Assembly: GCA_026936335.1 (NCBI GenBank)
Contig: JAPMXV010000034.1
Coordinates: 186,001 to 250,000, forward strand
Direction of reading: 5' to 3'
Source: Mantamonas sphyraenae STR306
Taxonomy: Eukaryota; Protista; CRuMs
Length of the DNA stretch: 64,000 bases
A program made the position numbers and the translations under genes. Below are positions 9,100 through 21,704 of the stretch, in pieces. The notes below the pieces were generated by a model. The model was not told where the DNA came from. It did not search any database and worked only from the letters and a program-made list of their open reading frames with translations. Each line of letters opens with the position of its first letter. Position 1 is the first letter of the stretch.

Positions 9100-11826
9100 T
9101 TAGTCGATGGACACGGCTAGGTCCAGGGTGATCTTGTTGACTGCCTGCATCTCTTCGGCTTCTTCTTCCCTGCGCTCCTCGGCGCGCTGTACAAAATCCT
9201 CGGCACGTTTGACGACGACCTGTTTGACGCTGGCCTTGCCTCCACGACGCATGAGGAGGCCATAGGCGACTCCTTCTCCACCAGGTCCGTTGCGTGCAGC
9301 CACAGCGTGAGCCTCGCGCATCGGCAGTTTGACGTCAAGGGTTGTTTTCGGCTGGCCGCGTCTGGCTTCTACGGCTTCCTCCATCAACATGGCGAGTTCA
9401 TCGTCGAGGCCATCGTCGTCGTCTTCGTCGTCTTCTTCGTCTTCTTCTTCTTCTTCGTCGTCGTCGTCGTCGTCTTGGTCATCGTCGTCGTCATCGTCGT
9501 CGTCGTCGTCATCCTCCTCCTCCTCGGCATCGTCGTCTTCCGTCTTGGCGTCGCCCAGAGTGGCAACCTTGCCGAGAGTGTCGGGCAATGGGGTGCTTTG
9601 GACTCGCTTTCTGCCGATGGTCTCGTCGACGAGGAAGCGGAGGTCGAGGGGCACGTCGAGGGGCCAGGCTTCCAGGAGGCCGCGGACACAGCCGAGGAGG
9701 CGGAGGAAGCGACGTCCGTGGGCACTGGATCCACAGGCCTGGACGAGGACACAGACCCAGCGGAGGGGCAGGAGGGCGGAGCGATCGCGGGCGGCGGCGA
9801 GGGCGGTGTTGGCCAGGTCCATGAGGAGGGCAATGTCGATGACGTGGTGGCGGTACATGGCACCCAACATGTGGGCACAGGCAAAGAGGCGTTGGGCATC
9901 CAGGGAGCCCTGGGCAAGGACAGAGACGCGGATGAGCTGGGCGAGGTCGTCGACGACAGCCACGGCAATGTCCGAGGGCTGGCGAGCGAGGAGGAGGACA
10001 AAGGCCGAGAGACGGGGCTGGGCCACACGCCAGGGCTTGAGAAAGGCGCGGATGAGGTAGGCGTGGACGGCGGGTTGGGCGAGGTCGAGTTTGCTCAGGT
10101 GGGCGTGGACGGAGGAGATGGAGTCGGGCTGGAGGACGTCGTAGAGGAGGTGGCGGACATACAATTGCCAGGGGGGCCTCTGTTTGCGGGAGCGGCCCAT
10201 CATGGCACGCGGGTCGTTGCGGCAGGCATCGATGGCGGCGGCGAGGGCGGCGTCGGCGTCCTCCTGGAGACTCTTGCGCATGCGGAGCCTCTCGAGAGCC
10301 TCGAGGAGACGCAGGGTGCGTACGTGTGTGCTGGGAGTTTGGTAGAGGAAGCGGCCGGCGACCTCGAGGAGGGTGCAGAGGACAGTGATGTTTTGGGCAC
10401 GGAGGTCGTCCATGCAACGGCGCAGGCAGGCAAAGAGGTCGTCGGGGTCGATGAGAGCAAACTTTGCGAGTTCGGCAACAAAGTGTGCGTTGAGGAGACG
10501 CACAGGCATGTTTGTCTGGGAGTTTGCGGCCTCGAGGCGGCGGAAGCGGCGGAGGAGGAGCTGGGACAGGGCCTGGCCAATCTCGACGGGATAGTAGCGA
10601 GAGAGGGAGGCGGCCATGCGTGCATACATGCGCACGAGGCCAAGCTGGTGGCGAGGGACCATGGAGAGGGTGTGGACAAGGGCCATCCGGGCAGCGTGGT
10701 TGTTGATGTGGAGAAACTCTTCGGCGGCCTGGTCGATGAGCTCACTGGAGTAGCAGCTGGGCAGGGAGAGGAGCAAGGAGCCCAGTGGGGAGGATTCGTC
10801 GAGGTGGTGGCTGTCGTCGGAGGAGTCGTCGGAGGAATAGTCCAAGGCGGAGGAGGAGGAGGAGGAGGAGGAGGAGGAGGAGGAGGAGGAGGGGTGGCCC
10901 ATGTCGATGACGGGGTTGGCGACGGGCTTGAGGAGGTTTGGGGGAAGGTGTTGCCAGGACGGGAGGGCGTGGTAAAAGGGGTCGTGGGGCAGGTCCGAAT
11001 CCGGGAGGGAGTCGAGGGAGTCGGCGTGGTCTGCAGACTCGTCGTCGTTGGCCAGCAGAGCCAGAATGTCCTGGTGGAGGTTTGGTGTGAGGGAGAGGGC
11101 GGCGGCAAAGCGCTGGACGCGGTCACGGAGGGTGTGGAAACGGGCTCGTTCTGCATCAAGGGCAGCCTGTGTGTCTGCAGGGACGACGCCGCGTGTGCGG
11201 AGGAGGCGCAACTCGCGGTGGCGGTGGCGAGCAACCTGGGTGGCCAGGGCGTCGAGGTCGTCGGCGAGGGCGGTGTACTGCTTGGTGAGGAGGGCGACAA
11301 TGCGGTCGCGGGGCTGGGGCTCGAGACGGGGCGGGTCGCAGTGGGCGAGGAGCATGGGAGAGGCGGCCTCGGCAAAGGCAAGGACAAGAGACGGGTCGAG
11401 GGAGACGATGGCCTTGAGGAGGGAGTAGAGGACGCCCGGGTCGGAGCCGACGCCGGCGTGAAAGAGGGCGACGAGGAGCTGGACGCGGGGAACACCCTGT
11501 GGCGGGTCTGGGTCGGCGAGGAGCTGCTTGGCGAGGGCCTTGAGGAGGCGTGTGTCAAAGGCAGCGTAGCGGCGGTGGAGGAGGGAGCAGAGGCGGACGA
11601 GGGCGAGGCGGTCGTCGGGGCTTTCAAAGGTGGCGACGGGTAGCTCTGCCAGGGCGGAGGAGATCTCGTCCAGGAAGCGGGAGGAGTCGAGAGTGAGCAT
11701 GTGTGTGGCCAGCGAGTCGTACTGGGAGGCGGCGAAGCGTTTGAGTTTGTTGATCAGAGCCGTGTTTGTTTTCAGTGTTTTGTTTAGTTTCGGGGAGCCC
11801 GTGAGGTTGTCGAGTCTGTCGGGCAT
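9100..11826 (-). CDS. UPF2: Nonsense-mediated decay factor UPF2/NMD2
   Basis: 908 aa. N-terminal LKTNTALINKLK...LDSSRFLDEISSAL, MIF4G-type helices (HFVAELAKF; LCTLLEVAGRFLY), an acidic tract and a Upf1-binding-type C-terminus (YGLLMRRGGKASVK). Confidence 0.85.
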   Translation of the reverse strand: MPDRLDNLTGSPKLNKTLKTNTALINKLKRFAASQYDSLATHMLTLDSSRFLDEISSALAELPVATFESPDDRLALVRLCSLLHRRYAAFDTRLLKALAKQLLADPDPPQGVPRVQLLVALFHAGVGSDPGVLYSLLKAIVSLDPSLVLAFAEAASPMLLAHCDPPRLEPQPRDRIVALLTKQYTALADDLDALATQVARHRHRELRLLRTRGVVPADTQAALDAERARFHTLRDRVQRFAAALSLTPNLHQDILALLANDDESADHADSLDSLPDSDLPHDPFYHALPSWQHLPPNLLKPVANPVIDMGHPSSSSSSSSSSSSSSALDYSSDDSSDDSHHLDESSPLGSLLLSLPSCYSSELIDQAAEEFLHINNHAARMALVHTLSMVPRHQLGLVRMYARMAASLSRYYPVEIGQALSQLLLRRFRRLEAANSQTNMPVRLLNAHFVAELAKFALIDPDDLFACLRRCMDDLRAQNITVLCTLLEVAGRFLYQTPSTHVRTLRLLEALERLRMRKSLQEDADAALAAAIDACRNDPRAMMGRSRKQRPPWQLYVRHLLYDVLQPDSISSVHAHLSKLDLAQPAVHAYLIRAFLKPWRVAQPRLSAFVLLLARQPSDIAVAVVDDLAQLIRVSVLAQGSLDAQRLFACAHMLGAMYRHHVIDIALLMDLANTALAAARDRSALLPLRWVCVLVQACGSSAHGRRFLRLLGCVRGLLEAWPLDVPLDLRFLVDETIGRKRVQSTPLPDTLGKVATLGDAKTEDDDAEEEEDDDDDDDDDDDDQDDDDDDEEEEEDEEDDEDDDDGLDDELAMLMEEAVEARRGQPKTTLDVKLPMREAHAVAARNGPGGEGVAYGLLMRRGGKASVKQVVVKRAEDFVQRAEERREEEAEEMQAVNKITLDLAVSID

Positions 11827-11961
11827 GTCTGGGTGGGTGTTGGATGTGTAGAGGGAGTCGTAGGGGAGGTGGGGGAGGGGGGGGGGGGGGGAGAGGGAGT
11901 GGACATGGTTGGGGGGGGGAAGGGGGGGGATTGGGTTGGGGTGGGTTGGGGGTGGGTTTGT

Positions 11962-13131
11962 TCATTCTTCTGCGTCGTCTTTGGGGGCTGCACCGTCGCC
12001 GCAGATCATGCAGTGGGGCTCTTTGGCGACAGAGGCCTTTTCCATCTCGTAGGTGAGCATGTAGCAGTAGACACGGGCAGGGGGGTCGTCAAAGCCGTCG
12101 TATTGCTGGAGGTACTGGACAACCTGGCTGGTCATCAGGTGGGCACACATGGCGCAGGAGTAGACGTTGGAGCCGCCGTCCATGCCCTGGCCAGTCTGGT
12201 CGATGGGGAGGAAGGAAATGTCGTCGAGGTCGAGGATCTTGTCTGGGGTCAGGCGCAGGCAGGCGTCACGGTCGGCAAGGTCCGAGGAGCAACCCCAGCA
12301 GGGACCGTCGCCGGGAGCATAGAAGCTCGTGGAGCACATGAGGCCGTAGGTGGGTTCCGTGCCGCCGTCGATGTAGGGGAGGTCCAGGGCTTTGCAGAGG
12401 GATTGGACCGCAAAGTCCCAGTAGTCGCCACGGTCGATGCAGTTGAAGACCACGGTTGATTCGCGGGCGGCTGTGACGACTTTTTGCCACGATGTGGTCT
12501 GTGGAGGGGGTTAGGAGGGGGGTGGGAGTTAGGGGTGGGTTGGGGGTGGGTTGGGGGTGGGAAAGGGTGGGGGGGGATGGGGAAGGTGCGGCGTACAGCG
12601 TCTTCGACGTCGATCTCTTCGATTTCGGTGTGGATGTTGTGCAGAGCGTCCAGGTTGGCGTGGGCGGCGGTGGTTTTGCGCTCGTTGACGTCCTTTTTCC
12701 CGTAGAGCATTTGGCGGTTGAGGTTGTGGACGTCGACGACGTCGCGGTCGACGAGAAAGATCTTTTTGAAGCCCAGGCGGCAGCAGTTTTGGGCACTGTG
12801 TGCGTCGGTGAGGGGGGGAAGGAGGGAAGGAGGTGCGTTTGGGGTGAGAATTCAGAGGGCACGGGGAGGATTGGGGAGGGACGGAGGAAACGGGGAGGGC
12901 GGGGGGAGGGTTGGTAGGTGGATGGGGTGGAGGGGTGGATGGAGATGCGGTGAGGGAGCGGGTGGAAGCGTACCATGTTGTGCCGAGGCCGCCGACACCG
13001 AGCACGAGGGCGACTTGCTGTTCGATCATGTCCTGGCGGAAGCCAATGTTCTTGCGTTGACGGTAGAAGGGATCCTTCTTGACGTTTTCAGGCTCGTAGT
13101 CAGCCATGTCAAAGCCGATTTTGGAACTCAT
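11962..13131 (-). CDS. ThiF/MoeB/E1-like adenylyltransferase (spliced)
   Basis: VLGVGGLG nucleotide-binding motif, LVDRDVVDVHNLNRQ, VFNCID, CWGC and C-terminal CMIC zinc motifs; exons separated by C-rich GT-AG introns. Confidence 0.85.
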
Positions 13132-13227
13132 GGTGGATGGGGGTGTGGGGGGGGGGAGTTGGGTTTGGGGTGGGGTGGGTTGGGGAGCGGGGGTTTGATT
13201 CTCTGGTTCTCTGTGCACGGCTTCATT

Positions 13228-13485
13228 AGTGTGCGTGCGCGTGCATTCTCCTGGTCCACACTCTCCTTTACCGTGTCCAGCACAGCATGGTGTGTCGATG
13301 CCACCTGAGGGTCTACGATCACAGTCTCCAGGTGTTCCTGCACACACGATGCCTCACGCATTGGGGTCGTCTGGGCGCTGTCGTACAGCACAGACACAAC
13401 ATCCGCCACGCTCGTGTGTCCAGACGATGATGATGACAGTGTGTCAGCATGGCATCCAGCTCAGTCACAAACTCCACATTGCCTG
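13228..13485 (-). pseudogene. Stranded 3' remnant of the LRR-ANK-kinase duplicate
   Basis: Near-identical to about 17476-17735 (NVEFVTELDAMLT...VKESVDQENARART) but lies after a stop, has a frameshift and is truncated. Confidence 0.75.
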
Positions 13486-13509
13486 TTGCATTGCGTACGC
13501 TGGTCACGA

Positions 13510-14683
13510 TTAGTCCACAGAGTTGGATGTGGCAGAGAGCAGCTCCAGGATGGCCTTGTTGCAATTTATCTTGGCCAGCTCCAGTGCATTGGGTTTGTAG
13601 CCATCCGGGCGAGAGCGTGGATTCGCACCAAGCTCGACCAGCCGTGCACACAGTTCAACGTCGTTGCTGTTGACTGCAATGGTGAGAGCTGTGTTCTCAC
13701 TGTCAGGCCATGTGTCGATGTGAACACCCCAATCAAGCTGCTCCTGCATGGCACCGGTGTCTGCAGATCGGGCGGCGATGATGAACGCATCAGCGTGCTC
13801 CTTGTTGCGCGAGAGACGCTGCTTGACGGCATCCTTGTCTACACCATCCATGTACCAGCAGGTGTGGTTGGAATCCAGTGCTGTGGCCAGTGCTGCTGCT
13901 CCTTCTGCTCCGATGCTGTTGTTGTTGAGGTCCAGTCTCTGCAAACTGCTGTTGTCACATAGTCCTTGCGCCAGTTCTGCTGCACCTTCTGCGCCAATGC
14001 TGTTGTTGTCAAGATCCAGTCTCTGCAAAGTGCTGTTCCCTCCCAGTGCCTGCGCCATTGCTGCTGCTCCTTCTGCTCCGATGCTGTTGTTGTCGAGGAC
14101 CAGTCTCTGCAAGCCGTTGTTCTCACTCAGTCCATGCGCCAGTGCTGCTGCTCCTTCTGCTCCGATGCTGGTGTTGTCGAGGATCAGTGTCTGCAAGCTG
14201 TTGTTCTCACTCAGTGCCTTTGCCAGTGCTGCTGCTCCTTCTGCTCCGATGCCGTTCTTCCAGAGGTCCAGTCTTTCCAAGCTGCTGTTCCCACTCAGTG
14301 CCTGCGCCAGTGCTGCTGCTCCTTTTGCCCCGATGCTGTTGTTGTTCAGGTCCAGTCTCTTCAAGCTGCTGTTCCTTCCCAATGCCTTTGCCAGGGCTCC
14401 CACACGTTCGTCCCCAAGGTTCTTCCTTCCTAGGTTCAATTCCTGCACCACCTGCGTCGTCAGCCATCACCCCCCGCATCCACCCACCCACCCACTTCCA
14501 CCCAATCCCAATCGCCCCCATTCACTCCTTCCTCAGATCCTCCTCTCCACATGTCCACCAAATTTTCACTGGCGTTTCTCCCGCCAAACCCACCTCTCCT
14601 GCCTCTGCCAATGCCACTCCGATGCGTTCCACATCGCTACTCTCCAGCAGTGCTTTCCAGTCCACTTTTTGTGATGTGCTCAT
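13510..14683 (-). CDS. RNI/NLRC3-like LRR plus ankyrin protein (truncated paralog of the adjacent kinase gene)
   Basis: 28-aa repeats LxxLxLxxNxIGAEGAAALAxAL; ankyrin-like ENTALTIAV; short first exon MSTSQKVDWKALLES. Confidence 0.8.
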
Positions 14684-15032
14684 GATCACTCAACCAGTTC
14701 TGTCCCACGCGTCAGCTCCCCCTCCGATTCTCCCCCTCCTCTCCCTCTTTCCCCTTCCATTCCCCACCCTTCCCCACACCACACAACCCCACCCAGCCAT
14801 CGCCACCACGACCGCCGTTCCCACTCACCACAAACCTTGTCTCCTTTCCAAGTTTCGGTGATCCACTCCTAGCATCCACCTCCCCACCTCTCTCCACCCC
14901 ACCCCCCAGTCTGCCCCCACCCACCTCGCACCATTTCAACCAAGCATCCATTCATTCGCTCCTCTCCCTCATTCCTCAGAAACACAAGACTGACAAGGAT
15001 TGGGGTTGATGAGTGTGGGATCCTTCATGGCT

Positions 15033-18000
15033 TCACACTCCTTCATCATCCTCTCCACTCTCTCCCATCCCGATCTCCACCGTCACCAGCCTCGCTTGCA
15101 CTCCCACCATCGCTGCTCCTTGACTGCTCACCCGCTCTTTCACTTCCATCACGTCTTGCTCCATTGCAGCCAGTTGCGCGCGGACGATGTCCACATCGGC
15201 TGCGTTCAGTCCTTGTGCCTCTGCCCGTGTCTGCACCTCTGTCAGCCATGTCCGCATCTGTGGTACCTGCTCGCCCAGGAACCGGATTGCCTTGCTCTGT
15301 TGGCCACTCTTCCTCTTTAGTGATTCCGTGTCGCTTTGTACTTGTTTCAGCGCAGTGACAATCTCCTCCTGCGCCCTCGGGTCCAGTGCAGCCACCTGTG
15401 CCTGCCATGCTTCGTGGTCAAACTGCACCGCGTCCAGGATCTGTGCCTGTGTCCCTTGCATCTCGTGCAGGATGCTCACAATCTCCACCTGCGAGTGCAT
15501 CTCTTCCTTCTTCATCACCTCCACCGTGTCCAGCGTCGCCACAATCTGTGTGAATGGAGGCCGTTGCGATGGATCCGTTGCCCAGCACTGCTCAATCAGC
15601 TTTGTCGCCCATCCCGGACACACGCTCGTGTCGATCTTTTCTCGCGTCTCTGGCCTCTTCATCAGCTTGGCCATGTGCCTCGTCAGCCCATAGTTCTTCT
15701 TGCCGCTGTACGGCTGCTCTTCATGCATCATCTCCCACAGCAGCATCCCAAATGCAAACACATCCACCTTTTCGTCAAACGTCCGCATGGAAACGCTCGA
15801 GGATGCCCCTGCATCCTCCTCCTCGTCGCTGTCCGTGTCATCATCATCCACCAGCAGCTCAGGGGCCATGTACTGCCAGGACCCGGCCCCTGACCTGGTC
15901 TTTGTCTGCGTGTGCTCCTTGACCCGGCTCAACCCAAAGTCGCTGATCCGTGCCACGCCGCGCCTGTCCAGCAGCACATTCTCTGGCTTCAGGTCCCTAT
16001 GCATGATCGGTGGTATGTAGCCGTGCAGGTACGCCATCCCGTCTGCCACATCCCGTGCTATCTGCACCTTGGCCTCCTCAGACAGCCCTTCCGCACCCTC
16101 GCCCCTCTCGTGCAGCAGCTTGTGCAGCGACCCAAGCTCACACAGTTCCGTCACCATGCACACGTGCTCCGGTTCCACGCACACCCCGTGCAGTGTGATC
16201 ATGTTCCGGTGCTTCAGTCCCTTCATCGTCCGCACCTCGTGGTTGAATGCCGCTGTGTGTTCAGCATCCATCACCTGCACCTTCATCATCTTGATGGCTA
16301 CTGGCGTGCTTCCACGCAGCATCCCCTTGTACACAAAGGCAAATCCGCCCTCGCCCAGCAGTTCCCCTTTCGACAGGTCCGACCACGCGACCTCGAGCGA
16401 CTCTTCTCCGCTACTGTCCACCTCTGATCCCAGTGGCGACCCAGGTGGTGTCCAACCGTTCGATGAGCCTCGCCTGTCATCCCCTGCAAGCACCGCCGCC
16501 AGACTCGATGCCTCCTTGCCCAGCAGTGCCTCGGCTGCATTCAGCGTTTCCAGCCGCTCGGTCTGCATCGCCTCCACCTGCTTCACACCCGCCGCTGCCT
16601 GGTCCCGCTCCTCCCGTGCACGGTTGTACTCTTCGGTCAGCTCCTCCTCCAGGAACCGCAACATGTCTGCCTCTGCCTGCTGCACACGCTTCTGCTTCGG
16701 TCCTTTCGACCGTTCCAGACGGTGAAGTTCCCCAGCCAGCGACCCACATGCCAACTCGGCTGCCTCTTTGGTCATCGTCTGTTCTGCTCTGTGTTGTGTC
16801 TGCAGCTGTTGCTCCGTGTGGTCCACTGCTTCAGCGGTTTCTTGCAGATGCTCCTTGCTCGCCTCTGCCAGCTGCTCCAGCGCATGCGTCAGTCCCTCCT
16901 GACGCTCACACAGCATCCGCAGCTGTGTGTGCCATTCCGCGCATTGATTCAGCGTTGCTTCAATCTGCATGCGCTCTTGTGAGTACACAGCAGGCAGGTC
17001 ACGCAATGGTTCCTCCTCAGCAACCTTCAGTCTGGTCTCCAGCTCCCCTGTGTTGGCCTCCAGTTGCTCCAGCCCAGCTGTATACCGTCTTCCCTCCTCC
17101 GTAGTGACCCCAACCTGTGTCAACACATGCTCCCGTTGTGCCTCTGCCCGTTCTGCAATCCATCCTCCGAGCGACGACGATGGTTCACCTGCCGCTGCTT
17201 CCTTCCACACTCCCTCCCACACCTCTCCTGCTGCTCCATACACCTCCCTCCGCACTGCCATCCTCTTCTCTGCCCGTTGTGCACACACTCCCACCAGCTC
17301 CGCACTCGTCTGCAGCTCCACTTCCCGTGCACTCGTCTTGGCTTCAATCGTCGTCCCTGCATGTCGCTGTCTCGCCGCTTGTTTGTGTGTCGCCACCAGC
17401 CTCTCCACTTCATCCTGTTCTGCTGCCCACCGTGTCTGCTGTGCCTGGGCAGCGTGTGGAGCAGCTGCAGCCAAGAGTGTGCGTGCGCGTGCGTTCTGCT
17501 GGTCCACACTCTCCTTTACCGTGTCCAGCACAGCATGGCGTGTCGATGCCACCTCAGTGTCTACGATCACTGTCTCCAGGTGCTCCTGCACACACGACCC
17601 CTCTCGCATTGGGGTCGTCCGTGCGCTGTCGTACAGCACAGACACAACATCCGCCACGCTCGTGTGTCCAGAGGATGATGATGACAGTGCTGTCAGCATG
17701 GCATCCAGCTCAGTCACAAACTCCACATTGGCTGTTGCTGTGGCGTACGCTGGCGAGGATGCGTCAAGATGGTTGAATGCTGCAGAGAGCAGCTCCAGAA
17801 TGGCCGTCTTGCCGTTACTCTGAGCCAGCTCCAGGGCATTGGGTTTGGTGCCAAACGGGCGAGTGAGTGGATTTGCACCACGCCCGATCAGCCATGCGCA
17901 CAGTTCAGCGTCGTTGTTTCTTACTGCAATGGTGAGAGCTGTGTTCTCACGGTCAGACCAGGCATCGATGTGAACTCCCCAATTCAGCTGCTCCTGCATG

Positions 18001-19716
18001 GCAGCGGTGTCGGCAGAGCGGGCGGCGGCGAGGAACGCATCAGCGTGCTCCTTGTTGCGCGAGAGACGCTGCTTGACGGCATCCTCGTCTACACCATCCA
18101 GGTACCAGCAGGTGTGGTTGTATTCGAGTGCCTGTGCCAGCGCTGCTCCTCCTTCTTCCTCGGGGTTGTTGTCCCCGAGGTTCAGTGTCTGCAGGGTGCG
18201 CGTCTTGTTCAGTGCCTGAGCGAGGGCCTCGGCTCCTTTCCCTCCAATGCTGTTGTGCCCGAGGTACAGCGTGTTCACACTGCTGTTCTCACTCAGTGCG
18301 TGCGCCAACGCTACCGCTCCTATGTCGCCGACGCTGTTTCTGTCGAGGTTCAGGGTCTGCAGGCTACTGGAACCGACCAGTCCGTTTGCCAGAGCCGCTG
18401 CTCCATCTGCGCCGATGCTGTTGCTGTTGAGGTTCAGTGTCTGCAAACAGCTGTCTCCCGCCAGTCCCGTGGCCAGTGCAGCTGCTCCTTCGTCACCGAT
18501 GCTGTTGCTGTCGAGGTGCAGCGCTTGCAGGCTGCTGTTGACACTCATGGCCTGCGCGAGAGCTGCTGCACCCGCGTCACCGATGCTGTTGTGATGGAGG
18601 TACAAGCTGTGCAGGCACGTGTTCACAGGCAGGGCCTGTGCCAGTGCTGCTGCTCCTTCTGCGCCGAGACGGTTGCTGCTGAGGTGGAGCGTCTGCAAGC
18701 AGCTATCCCCGCCCAGAGCCTGTACCAGGGCTGCCACCCCACTGTCGCCAATGCTATTGTTGTCGAGTTGCAGTGTCTGCAAGGTGCTGTTTCCAGTGAG
18801 TCCATTGGCCAGAGCAGCTGCGCCTTCTGCCCCGATGCCATTGCTGTCGAGGTGCAGCGTTTGCAGGCTGCTGTTGACACTCAGAGCCTGCGCGATTGCT
18901 GCTGCACCCACGTCACCGATGCTGTTGTCATGGAGGTACAGGCCGTGCAGGCAAGTGTTCTGAGAGAGGGCCTGTGCGAGCGCTGCTGTCCCTTGTGCGC
19001 CGAGACGGTTGCTGCTGAGGTGGAGCGTCTGCAGGCAGCTGCTTGCGCTCAGAGCCTGCGCCAACACGGCTGCTCCCTCGTCACCGATGCTATTGTGGTC
19101 GAGTCTTAGCGTCTGCAAGGTGCTGTTGCCACCAAGCACGTTTGCCAGAGCGGCTGCACCTTCGTCCCCGATGCAGTTGTTGCCGAGGTCAAACGTGTGC
19201 AAGCTGCTGTTCTGACTTGGCACCTGGGCCAAAGTGGAGACTCCTTCGTCACCGATGCTGTTTCCGCAGAGGCACAGGCTGTGTAGGCACGTGTTCAGAG
19301 TCAGGGCCTGCGCAAGTGCTGCTGTTCCTTCAGACCCAATGCAGTTGTTGGAGAGGTCCAGTGTGTGCACGCTGCTGTTTTCACATAGCGCCTGCACCAG
19401 TTCTGCCGCTCCTTCTGCCCCGATGCGGTTGTTGGAGAGGTTCAGTGTCTGCACGCTGCTCTTCTCGCTCAGAGCCTGGGCCAGCACCGCTGCTCCTTCG
19501 TTCCCGATCCCTGTCGCTTCCAGGTCAACCACCTACACCCACCGTGTGAGCGATCGCCGCAGTATGCAGGCCTACGGCGCTCCGACAGCGGGACGTCCAA
19601 TCCGAGTTCCCTCTCGCACAACGTACGTTTCCTGCCTTTGCCAACGCCAATCCAATGTGTTCCACATCGCCACTCTGCAGCAGTGCTTTCCAGTCCACGT
19701 TCTGTGTTGTGCTCAT
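15033..19716 (-). CDS. LRR-ankyrin-coiled-coil-TKL protein kinase (about 1529 aa, 2 exons)
   Basis: About 17 28-aa LRRs, ankyrin, long coiled coil; kinase motifs GEGGFA, VAIK, HRDLKPEN, DFG, APE; intron 19533-19626. Confidence 0.9.
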
Positions 19717-20052
19717 GATCAATGAACCGGTTCTACGCCGGTGTCAGCGCCATCTCTCTCCGGTTTCCATTTTCCCTCTTTGTCACCTACGCCTCGTCCC
19801 GCTCTCCCCCCACCCACTTGTCGTCACTACCACCGCCATTCTCACACACACGCCCAGACCAACCTTGTCTCGTTGTAGTTCCAGTGGTCCAGGCCGCGCA
19901 TGCCGTGTTGGTTCACGTCCAGTCTTCTGAGAGACACTCGCCCCGTCCTCCCAGGGGGGGTCTCGTACACAGGAGGCGGACTTGGTTGCCATTCTCTCCC
20001 CTGGCCATGTGGACCACACTGCGCGCGTGCGGGAGCAAGTGGAACCCCACGA

Positions 20053-21668
<1,616 letters not shown>

Positions 21669-21704
21669 AGGGAGAGAGGAGAGAGAATGGAGGATGGTTG
21701 TTGC

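Noticed and set aside
9307-11643. 778-aa plus-strand ORF (and similar long ORFs at 894-2222, 4159-5844, 30405-33330)
   Set aside because: Antisense shadows of real genes in GC-rich or repetitive DNA; no domain signal.
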